Positions 11,565 to 22,694 of a DNA stretch of 64,000 nt are shown here, piece after piece. Source of the DNA: Octopus bimaculoides (taxonomy: Eukaryota); assembly GCF_001194135.2 (NCBI RefSeq), contig NC_068998.1:23519770-23583769 (forward strand), in the 5' to 3' direction. A program made the translations under genes and the position numbers. The notes under the pieces were generated by a model. That model made no database searches and was not told the DNA's origin. It saw nothing but the letters and a program-made list of their open reading frames with translations. Within the stretch, counting starts at the first letter, position 1, and each line of letters opens with the position of its first letter.

Positions 11565-11771
11565 TACATATATATATATANNNNNNNNNNNNNNNNNNNN
11601 NNNNNNNNNNNNNNNNNNNNNNNNNNNNNNNNNNNNNNNNNNNNNNNNNNNNNNNNNNNNNNNNNNNNNNNNNNNNNNNNNNNNNNNNNNNNNNNNNNNN
11701 NNNNNNNNNNNNNNNNNNNNNNNNNNNNNNNNNNNNNNNNNNNNNNNNNNNNNNNNNNNNNNNNNNNNNNN

Positions 11772-11833
<62 letters not shown>

Positions 11834-12220
11834 AATTTTTTCCAAAGGGTAAACAAACAATAAGGCAAGATATCTCAAGCCATATATGCTATTATTATTA
11901 AAAATTATTAAGCAAATGTTAGTCTTACAGCTGTTTCAAGTATATCTCAAAAACATGTGGAATATCTCATCACCGGAGACAGGTGGTGAGAAAATTAGAG
12001 GGTATAGAGTACGGAAACTATGGAGAGATGTTGGGAAATGAGTTAAAGGAAAAATATATAAAACTTCACAGTTTATGTTTCCGATAGTACATGTGCTAAT
12101 ACGTGAGTCTTTATATAATCTATCTCGGTTACAAGCCTGGAATCCTGGTAATCCGTTACACTACTTACCCAGCATACTATCCGTTTGGATCACCCGTGAA
12201 CTAAGCCCCTATATTTTGTT

Positions 12221-12265
<45 letters not shown>

Positions 12266-13789
12266 GCATTGTTGTATTTCAGAGTGGTAAGCTTTGTTTT
12301 TTTGCTTAATAAACACACGCACTATATATATTTGCGCTGCACTCATTTATTAATGTTTCTATTTTAACTCATGTTCATTGTCTAGAAATCTTTCGTCACA
12401 CACCTGTGACCTCATAAGCGACAATTTTCGTTTTCGTGTGTGCTCTTGCTCCACTAACTCCATGCTAGAATGCACTTATAATTATTGAATGAGTTCAATA
12501 TATCTGTATTTCGTTACTATGAAATGTGGTTTCTGATTACAACATCGTTCTTAACTTAGCGAAGTATGTTACAAACGTATACTATTTTAGCTTCTTGATT
12601 CATTTTCCTAAAAACTGGTGTTCCACTTCTTGTCTCGGGTAGCAACTTTTGACTGTCTCTAGACGTGCTATTTGGCTTTCAATTTTAATTATATCCTAGT
12701 ATAATTGGACTTAATCAGGAATTACGATATAGTATATAATATACATTTCTACTATTGTTTGCCTTGCTCCAGTCGAAATTCAAACAAATTCTACTGTAAT
12801 ATTTATATTCTGATTTCAATAAATAAATTACCAGTCAAATACTAATTTCGTTACTCTTTCTCTGTTTTAGATCGGTTAATATTCCATTTCTTCACCCGGC
12901 GATGTGTTGCAGTTATGCATGGCCGATACATCCATGGGATTAGTAGACATATAGACATTTGCCTGAATGTGCAAGATGGCGCTGATGAACATCTGCATGG
13001 TAATATACATTGTTTTTCCTATAGTATACTTATGATTAGCAGAAACAAAGACTTGCATATGTAAAATGCTTAACATATCATCAACGAAATATTACGTTGT
13101 ACTTGAACTTGAAGTACCACTTCATGATGTACGTAAATTTTAAAAATATATGCTTTGAATTGGCACACACAGGCACATACCTACACACAGACCCACATAT
13201 ACATTCATATACACTCATAGTTTGAATCTTAAGTATGATTGTATCCATAACAATCCTGGAATATTCGTATAATCTGCTACGTACATGTTCAACGCTAATT
13301 TCGTCACTAATAAATAATTGGATTCTTTGAATAACATACTCGAGTTTCACGCTTTCATATATATATAATAGCACTCACTATCCACTTGTTAGGGTTTAGT
13401 GCATCTATAGCAGATATTTATGGCACTAGCAATATTCCGCTGATACATGTGAACACAATATATAAGAGTGAATACGAACATGCAAGTTTGGGTTTGTGAT
13501 TGTATGTCTGAAGACTGATAAATGTTAGTGCGCTGCGTTCATAAGTGACGACAGGTTTGAAATGTTTTATATATAAAAGTTGAAATGACATTTGATTGTT
13601 ACATGTCAAATATAATTACAGGATGTTTACATATTTTGTTATTACAAGAATTAAAATTATTATATTCATATTTCTATGTTCCCATCACTTGTATAACTCT
13701 AATTCATCGAACAACTAACATATCGAGCCTACCAACAACAAATAGACTAATATCACTACATGTTTTTTACTTGCTATGAATATTCGTTT

Positions 13790-13995
13790 CTTCTCTAGGC
13801 ACAAATCTTGAAGTTTTGGGGAGGGCGCCAGTCGATCACATCCACCCCAGTGTTTCACTGGTATTTAATTTATCAACCCGAAAAGGATGAAAGGCAAAGT
13901 CGAACTTGGTGGAACTTGAACTCAGAATGAGAGGGTTGACGAAATGCCGCAAAGCATTTTTCCGAGGCGCTAACGATTCTGTCAGTTCACCGCCT
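13790..13995 (-). mobile_element. SINE family A copy (tRNA-derived head)
   Basis: Reverse complement aggcggtgaactgacagaatcgttagcgcc...ctgagttcaagttcc (B-box)...cctttcgggttgataa...cactggggtggatgtgatcgact. Confidence 0.85.
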
Positions 13996-14610
13996 CACTT
14001 GCCATGATAAATGCTGAGTGAACATTTTACAATGCAAACGAAAATTCATGCGTTGACAGATCGAAACGCCTCAGCTGATGGAAACGTTGCTTATTTTGCT
14101 TTGCCCTTTATAGTGCGTCGTAACTGTTGAGTGGCTTATCTGATGTTATCGAGTATTTATGGTACAAGGCATTTTTGGTTTGCTATGTATTTGCATTGAA
14201 AGTATCGGCTGTAAGATGAAAGCTTTATCTGCTACAGCCCAGCTTTTACGTAAACTGTAAATTGTGTAACCTTGCAATGAAGGGTTGAAGAATGTATGTT
14301 TTGTTTCTATCTTATTCCAGACATTACTTAGAATTAGAGCAGGTTGCTGCCGGCATTGACGGCTCTCGTTTCATTGCATACATTTATCGTTTACAACGAT
14401 TGTGCTTGTAATATATGATGCTTGTCTGCTGTGCATTAATCGCAAATATTTTTACGCAAGGCATAAGTAACAAGAGTGAAATGATGCATCTTTTTATTGA
14501 ATAAAAAGAGTGAAAGGAACACATTGGCTTTGTTAATGAAATTCAAAATAAATATCCTACGTTAAAGTGTAAAATATGCCTACTACTTACATGCAACATT
14601 AATTGACTTT

Positions 14611-14830
14611 AAGGCAGCGAGCTGGTAGGATTGTTAGCACGCAGGGGAAAATGCTTAGCGGCATTCCGTCCGTCTACAAGTTCTGAGTTCAAATTCCGCC
14701 GAAGACGGTTTTGCCTGACGTCCTTTCGTAGTCGATAAAATAAATACCAGCTAAACACTGAGGTCACTGTAATCGACTTACTCATCCTCAAAAACTACTG
14801 GCCTTGTGCCAAAATTTGAAAACCAATATT
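14611..14830 (+). mobile_element. SINE family A copy, near full length
   Basis: aaggcagcgagctggtaggattgttagcacgc (A-box-like), gagttcaaattcc (B-box), tail ctggccttgtgccaaaatttgaaaaccaatatt. Confidence 0.88.
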
Positions 14831-14949
14831 AATTAATCTTTGTCGATATTTCATTAAATTTACACTCTGTACAAAAACATAAAAATAATTGTAGGAATGT
14901 GAGAAATGAACAAAATACTTTAAACACTTAGATGAATAATGGAACAGAA

Positions 14950-15480
14950 CGGATATCATTAGATCTTGCATTTTTACCGCCAGTTTAGAGATTTTTAGAT
15001 GCAACTTTCAGAATTTTCTTACAGAAATAATGAATTTTATCAATGCAGTGTATCGATGCTGGTAATCCAAGAAATTGCTGAACGTTTCTGCCTTGAGCAC
15101 GAGGTGAAAATATTCGTGAGAGTGAAGGGATGTAAAGAACCTGACATATTACTTGTTGGGAAAATATTGATAGGTGAACCTAAAATAAAGTTTTGTTAAT
15201 TCTACTATATTAGGAAACATACACAACCGACTATTCATTATCAAAATAGAAAATCATGGATGTCTAAACGAATATTTGAAGAAAGGTTTTATTGACAAGG
15301 AAAAGAATATTTCACTAAAAGGAAACGCTTTGTAATTTTCTTCATTTTAGATAATGGTCAAATTTATTCACATCATGTCGATGGTAAATTATTGTGTACC
15401 TGTTTTGAAACACAATAACAATAATCAAGCCATTGGGCAAAATGATTTAAAAGCACAACAAAAGCAAATAATCTTTGGGA
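14950..15480 (+). mobile_element. pogo/Tigger-like DDE transposase relic
   Basis: IHYQNRKSWMSKRIFEERFY*...FVIFFILDNGQIY (cf. YxxNKKAWMTxxIFxxWF...LLxLDNAxxH), followed by NNQAIGQNDLKAQ (cf. QPxDQGxIxxLK). Confidence 0.6.
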
Positions 15481-17784
15481 AATTTAATATTGCACAGATC
15501 GTGTCACTTCACTGCTTCATTTATGGAACGAATACATTATTTTAAAAGTCATTGCAAAAAATGTCAAACCCAGCGACGAAATGACATAAAAATGCATTAA
15601 CATTATAAGAGGAAGTAATTTCGAAAACATTATTAACGGTTTCAGTATCTTACATTTAAATCGTTTTGCTAGTGACTCTTGTTGAAAATTGTAGTATTTT
15701 TGAAACAGTTTCACCTTCAAATTAATGGAGATAACTTGGAACAGTTGATGCGGCTATTGAAGCTATGTTCTGCTAAATATGAAAAGAAGGAACATTCGAA
15801 CCGCTCCTTACTGAATATTATTTTGAGACCCGTTCACACTATTTCTTCTGGGATATCCTTATTTATTGCTCCGACTGTCTTTAGGTTTTACTTACTTTAC
15901 TGGTTCTATTCGCCAAGTCTCCTCCACATTTTCTTCATCCAGCTAAAGAATTTCTAAATTTCCATCACATCCAAGTTCTCTTTATACTTATCCAGCTAAG
16001 AATAAGACATGATTCACGTTATATTGTCGATGTTTTCATATCTTTCTCTAATAACTACAGATTCACTTTGATATAATTGTAGCGTGCATGTTATCAGTGC
16101 CTTCACGCGTATATGAATCATACTTCATAAATTATGTTACCATCAATACAAAGAGATCCATCACTTTCGTTCTACTTTCCCCAAAACCATCATTACCATT
16201 TTCATTAGCAATCGTCATTGACGCCGGCAAATATAAAGCTGGTGCATCTGCACTAGTAAATGGTCAATCGACTCTTCTGGAGTAACGGTATTTGTAGTCG
16301 CTTCCTCCTAATTGTCATCGATAATACAAAATGAAAACATTTCAAAAGACACACACGCTTTCTCAGCCTTGTTGCAAACCATGAAAGAAATCTAAAATAC
16401 TGCCTAGAGTTTGAGGTTTTACAATTAATGCAAGATGCTGATTAAATTGTTATCACCATTGTATGCCACATGACTAATCCTTGTAAAATATCTGTTATTT
16501 GTTTTATCAACAGTTGAATAGGAATCCTTCTAACATTTTAAATGGCCGTGAAAGATATTTGGTTAGAATTTCTAACTATAGAAATTTAACAATACAAATA
16601 CACAAATAATATTTTATTTTAAGGTATTTATCTGGAATTCTTAATCTATTGAACACAAAATATCACCATATATCTTATCGCTTGAAAGCTTAACAAACTA
16701 GTTCATATGAATTTGTAACGTATTATATTCCAAATTCTAAATATTCTCCCAGCCCAGCTAGTTATGTATCTGTCTGCCTGCCTTTTTCTCTCTAGCAATA
16801 AAGATTTATGTATATGTATGTGTGTAAATATATGTGTGTGTATATATATATATATGTGTGTGTTTTTGTGTATATAGTTATGCGGGTATGTATATATATA
16901 TATATATATATGCGAGTGTGTGAGTGCGTGTCTGTACGTGCGTGCGAGTGTGTATATGAATGGGTGTATGTGTGTGCTTGTGTGTTTCCATAAAAACTTG
17001 TTGGTTATCTGATGTTGTATTGAATTTGACAGCAGCCACTCACTGTCTCCCAATGAGAACATTTCTAACTGACATTTACGTGCCATCAGCAAAGTCCATT
17101 CTCATCCAATTACACTGGTTAGACATTTTTTCCAGGAAAATTTTTGTGTAGCAGCATTTTACAAAACACTTGATTTTGTCCTTCCAGTTCTGGACAAGAA
17201 GCTAATGTATAGGAAGATATTAACCTAATAAACATGATGCAAATTTTGTTCGTATGTTTATAGCTTCGATGTCAAATTAGGCTTTGCAACAAATGTTGTT
17301 GCTATTTGAGTTAGGAATTGAAGTAATTCTTTAATTGTTCCGCTCGAACTCATTAAGTGACAAGTATTTTTCATTTGGAAGAATGGAAGACTACTTATAT
17401 TCATACGAACCAGTACAATTTATGCCATGAATCATGTCTATAAATGTATAGTTCAGAAGGCGAAGGTTATAATTTCTAGAGTAACAAAACAGACGAGATT
17501 ACGAAATATTGATATGTAATTTCATCAATATAATTCGAATCGTGCTGGAGCATTAAAACAAAAGAAAGTTCATTTACGCGTGCTTCGAACGCGGCTCAAA
17601 GAGAATAATTACATTCTAAGATAGGTGTAATTTTCAAATAGATGTTCTCGCAATGTTCACAGACTTCTGTGTGTGGGCACACAACCCATTCTTATTTCTC
17701 TATCACACACACACCCGCGCGTTTGTAAGTTTTAGGACTAATGGGTATTCATCAATGTATGTGTTGATGTCTTGAGTACAGTAG

Positions 17785-17885
17785 GGCATGGTTTGGGCTA
17801 CATGGTGTCATCCGCAGTTGGGGTATATTTCCGTTCGATCAACTTCGGAAATTCTGCAGTGTTAGTTGAGCTAATAATCGATTAA
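17785..17885 (-). repeat. Short interspersed repeat, inverted homolog of 21188-21292
   Basis: Reverse complement ttagctcaactaacactgcagaatttccgaagttgatcgaacggaaatataccccaactgcggatgacaccatgtagc aligns with ttatctcaactaacacagtggaattcctgaagtggatcaaacgaaaatataccccaacaatggatgacaccaggtagc. Confidence 0.8.
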
Positions 17886-19179
17886 CCACACAGAAGATGA
17901 ATTTGGTATCAGTCTTTATTCCGCACAACCACCATTTTCGACCCACCCTGCACCTGTGTTTTATGTGTGGGATGAAGTGCATCATACTATGTTGCATCAA
18001 TTTTGCAGTCTGGATCACATCAGTTACATGCATACATAAAGTTCTTTCCCGCTAATAGTATTGACTTCACGCAGTCATCTTGGTATTTGCCCGCTTCATT
18101 AAGGAATGCGGTTTTGCTACGATTATCCTTATGCTAAACATACATAAAAAATAATTGTAAAAAATTCTAAATATAAGCATATAAACTGTAGAAAAGAAAA
18201 GAAGATATAAAAAGAACGTATGTGGTAAGAAATATAGATAGATAAAACCCGTTAATAAAGTATTAGATATAGATAGGACGAGGCCTGTTAAGGAGGGATT
18301 CCGTGGATGAATTATTTTCTATATTATTGACCAACGATAGAATTATAAATAGATTTGTAGAGTGACTGCCCAGACGCATGTACGCAAATAAGCACACTTT
18401 CACAAGGTATGATAGAAACCACACCTAACCAATACAAACAAAACAAAAAAGCATATGACTGGCAATTTCAATTCAACATCCTACTCCAAGAGACAACCTT
18501 ATGAACAAGAACTCACGGAAATAATCCCAAGGAGGAACCGGATGGGAATTCTACAACATATACAAGTGAAACTTAGGCAACATACTCTAGATATAAATAC
18601 TGAATATAATTCATTGACATTATTGTTGAACACAATATGGCCAACTGGAGGAACTATCCACGTTTTATTTATATTATAAAGAACTTGTTTGTGAAGTATC
18701 TCCAGCCTTGTTATATATGTGTGAATATGTTTATATATACATATGTTTATATACGGCTATATGTTTGTATATATATATATATCCATATATGTTCATATAT
18801 ATGCAGTAATTTTCTTTGTTTATTGTCTAGGCACGACTCAGATATGCTCAGATAAAAGGTATGAAAAAATGTTAAGGAGAATTTCAGATAGGTTCAAAAT
18901 TTCATTTATACATATATTCCACCATTGATCAATGCATATCAACCTTTAAAATATACCAATGTATCAGTCATTAAAATATTCAACACATATTAACAATTCA
19001 TGAAAACACAAATATATAAAAATCTAATATATATATATAAATAGATGAGTGTAAAGAGGTTACAAGGGCGTTGTAAAGATTATTAAGAATATTAGTATGC
19101 CGGTACAAAAAGGTGAACCATGTAAAGTCTTTCGAATAGCAAATAAAAAAAAATATCGTAGCGTTGAGGTTGGAATATT

Positions 19180-19620
19180 TCAAAAAACATGTAAATAATC
19201 CGAGAGAATAAGTTAATGTTAAGATGAAATGTTGATGGTAATCCTCTTACAGCAGTTTCAGGAGTACAACAATCTATAGATATTAAGAGTGTTCTCATTC
19301 CCAAAATTGGATATTGTTTCCTTCATCAGAGAGTGTCTTATTCAAGATTTCAAATTTTGTGTACCTCGTACTGGGTAGAATGAGATTTAGTTATATAGGG
19401 AGGAGCAGTTGTTAACAGGAGGAGGAAATGTTGTTACAGGAATTATGGGAAATGCGATTTAGTGAATGTTATAAATGTTAGGGGGATAATAATTGGTTAA
19501 TTATGAAGTTACAGGATAGCAGGAGTATTGGGGTTAATCGAAATATAGATAATTAAAAATTAAATGGTTAATTTATTTCGGTTTACCAAAATATTTAAAT
19601 GTTCAATGATATCTATGGTT
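19180..19620 (-). mobile_element. Probable Penelope-like 3'/pLTR remnant
   Basis: Minus-strand ctctgatgaaggaaacaatatcc (HHR-core-like) downstream of purine-skewed sequence resembling the other PLE relics. Confidence 0.35.
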
Positions 19621-19825
19621 ACAAGGAAATATAGCATCCGAGAACTTATTATACAATGATGTAGGCCCATATCGGCGAAGAATATTCATGGTCTCTCTCT
19701 AATTAACAACTTACATATGCGCCTAATTGTATTATATGTGTTGCTTCTGCCATTACTGACCAAGATACGTATTGTATATTTTTTTAATACTCATTATTTT
19801 GGTCAGTAAAGTGTCCATGCGTCTT

Positions 19826-19855
<30 letters not shown>

Positions 19856-19856
<1 letters not shown>

Positions 19857-20000
19857 GGAGAACTCACGAAGAAGCAGCAGACGAAGACAGGTGGTGTAAA
19901 CAACACATGGATGTATTAGTATAACGCTCGGGAATAGAGAAAGTCTTTAACGTTTCGAGCCTACGCTCTTCAACAGAAAGGAACACAGAAAGAAACAACG
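19856..20000 (-). repeat. Short non-coding repeat carrying an HHR-like core
   Basis: Minus strand cttt-ctgttga-a-gagc-gtag-gctc-gaaa-cgtta-aag; bounded by (TA)n on the left. Confidence 0.55.
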
Positions 20001-20419
20001 AAATAAAAAAAATATGTGTATTATATAAAAATATATAATATAATATATATATATACAGAGAGAGAGAGAGAGAGGGAGAGAGAGAGTGAGTGAGTGAAAC
20101 TGTGTGAATGCACTTCGTATATGCACACAGTCACACATACTTGTGTATATATATATATATGTGTATANNNNNNNNNNNNNNNNNNNNNNNNNNNNNNNNN
20201 NNNNNNNNNNNNNNNNNNNNNNNNNNNNNNNNNNNNNNNNNNNNNNNNNNNNNNNNNNNNNNNNNNNNNNNNNNNNNNNNNNNNNNNNTATATATATATA
20301 TATATATTTATATATATGTATATATATATATATATATATACATATATACACTTGTATATGTCTGTTTGCGTGTGTGTGTGTGCGTGTGTGTGTGTGTGCA
20401 TATGCGAAGCGCATTCACA

Positions 20420-20562
20420 CAGTTTCTCTCTATAAAATTCACTCACAAATCTTTGGTCGGCTCGGAGGTAAAGTAGTAGAATTTATACTCAAGACATCGT
20501 GCAATAGGTTTGAACTACAAAAGAGAAATTCGTAAAAACTTCGTTGCCATGCCAGTGCCTAT
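20420..20562 (-). mobile_element. SINE family B, 5' partial
   Basis: cactcacaaatctttggtcggctcggagg...gtagaa...gcctata matches the family-B head of 31166-31594. Confidence 0.7.
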
Positions 20563-21187
20563 ATATTAGGAGATTACACTCGTCTCAGTATAACATTGAG
20601 AGATATACTGAATAAATACAATAGTGGGCTCACTTCTCTGCATTCAATTCTATTTTGAGCTGTAGCTACAAAGCTCCTACCAATAGCTTCATATTCTGCC
20701 TTATTGCAAGCAATAACCTCTCTTTTCATATGCTGTAGTTATTATAAAAAAGCGTTCGTACGTACATGTAAAAAAGATTTTCAATTAGATGATACCTTGC
20801 AGTTTGAAAAGACTTCGTTAAATGATTTCACCAATTTTGAGGAGGCATTGATTCTGAAAAGATGCCATCTTAAATGCAGAAGTATATATTGGCATATTAT
20901 TTTGGTCGTGAGAATATTCTGTATTCTAGATTCCAAGGGATATTGGGTGTGTGTTGCGGTGTTAGTGCGTGTTTGTGCGTGCGTGTATTATGTAAAACAA
21001 CTAGTGGTATATTGATATTTGTTAGTTTCTTGCAGTGTGTAAATGTGTATACATGCATACCCTTATTCCTATACAAATTATGTGTATGTGACTTTCTCGC
21101 TCTCGTTATTTCTTTCAGCATATACGCGCGCACACAGTCACACAAAATATATTGATATATATATATATATAATCCATCTTCTGTTTC

Positions 21188-21292
21188 TTAATTGTTATTA
21201 TCTCAACTAACACAGTGGAATTCCTGAAGTGGATCAAACGAAAATATACCCCAACAATGGATGACACCAGGTAGCTGAAACCGTTCCAGGGC
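21188..21292 (+). repeat. Short interspersed repeat, homolog of 17785-17885
   Basis: Alignment given under 17785-17885. Confidence 0.8.
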
Positions 21293-21374
21293 TTTATTCA
21301 ACACATTAACACACAAATCGACATATACCCATTAATCCAAAGTATTATACACACACGTACACACGCAGGCACAC

Positions 21375-21386
21375 AGATAGATAGAT

Positions 21387-21454
<68 letters not shown>

Positions 21455-21468
21455 TGATAGATAGATAG
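21375..21468. repeat. (GATA)n microsatellite
   Basis: Direct inspection. Confidence 0.97.
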
Positions 21469-21812
21469 TTATATTATAACGTCATCAGACGAGATCCCTA
21501 TATATTCAATACAGATATCATTCAGTAATGTTCAAATGATTGAACATACACCCCGAAATTTTTTATCGACGACTACCAATTTGTAGTAAAGTGTGGTTAT
21601 GAGAAGGTTCCAGGTGAGATGATAAGGAAATGATGATGCAAATAAATAAATAATCACGCTTGGACTTCATATATAAAATATACTTACACGTATCTATACA
21701 AGAAAATAGATATAGGGTATATATAAAAAAATAAAAACTGAAAATATTAAAAAGATAAACATTCATGTTTAAGACATAAATATTCATATATTTACAGAAC
21801 AGCTTTACAGAG

Positions 21813-21958
21813 GCTAACGACAGCTGTTTCTAGGGCTCGTAATTACGTAATATTTCTAATGTTGGTAGATGGATTGAGCAAAATGCCCAGTATATACAAC
21901 TAGAAGCAGATGCATTTAGCCATTACCGTAAATCCATACACCATCTTCAGGTTTGTGC
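21813..21958 (-). ncRNA. Type I hammerhead-like motif with enlarged stem II
   Basis: aac-CUGAAGA-u-ggtgtatggatt...aatccatctacc (11 of 12 paired)...GAAA-c-agct-g-UC-gtt. A 33-nt insertion lies between stem II and GAAA. Confidence 0.5.
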
Positions 21959-22450
21959 AATCGGTATCTACCTATCTATCTATTTACCCACCCCCATATA
22001 TATGTATATATATATATATATAAATGTGTTTACATGGGGGTGGTAATTCGTTTCAGACACCTGAGAAATTGTACTTCGTGGAACGTTTATTTCGTGGAGC
22101 TACATTTTCAAATTGACAGATGCATGTTTCAGTTCTTTCTGTATTAGATCAACTTTTGTATAATTTGATATAAATGGTATGACATTATTTTTCGGACATA
22201 ACAGAAAGCTTACTTTAGTATCACCTTGAACATCCCTTTCAAACATTTTATGCAAAATTTCTAGAAAAGGTGTAATTAAGTAGTCCAGTATCTTTTATCT
22301 TTCAAGAAACCTTTCTTACTCGAAAACTGTTTGTCTTCAAATGATAATGCATTTAAACGAAATAATATCTTTAGTTTGAAGAAAGAGAGAAGATAGCTTG
22401 AAGCTGAGCAAAATAGCTGATGATTTAGGGTTGTGAGTATACAATTAAAT

Positions 22451-22694
22451 ATATTCTGTTTAATCTGAGGAGAGTCATTTTCTTTTCGTGCCTAATAATT
22501 TAACACACTCAGCAGTAAAATTTCCACTTCTTCCTTATTTTTATTTTCCTAATGAAAACTATTGAAATGGTTGCAAGACGCAACGAAAATATTAGGAAAA
22601 TAAAAATAAGGAATAAGTGGAAATTTTACCGGTGAGTGTGTTAAATTATAAGGCACAAAAAAGAAAATTACTCTCCCCAGACACAACAGAATAT
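22451..22694. repeat. Long inverted repeat (foldback/MITE-like): ~103-bp arms, ~37-bp spacer
   Basis: Arms 22451-22553 and 22591-22694 are reverse complements with about 10 mismatches and one indel (manual alignment). Confidence 0.92.

Noticed and set aside
12871-13000. Exon-like segment after a strong acceptor (RLIFHFFTRRCVAVMHG...)
   Set aside because: The sequence is internally repetitive, the acceptor resembles a SINE tail remnant, and no protein similarity is recognised.
14050-14095. cgaaacg...ctgatgg as a possible hammerhead
   Set aside because: The core is CTGATGG rather than CTGATGA, and no compatible stems form.
15800-15990. Possible minus-strand RLE endonuclease remnant (KMWRR...VGAINKDIP)
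   Set aside because: Too decayed to support as a feature.
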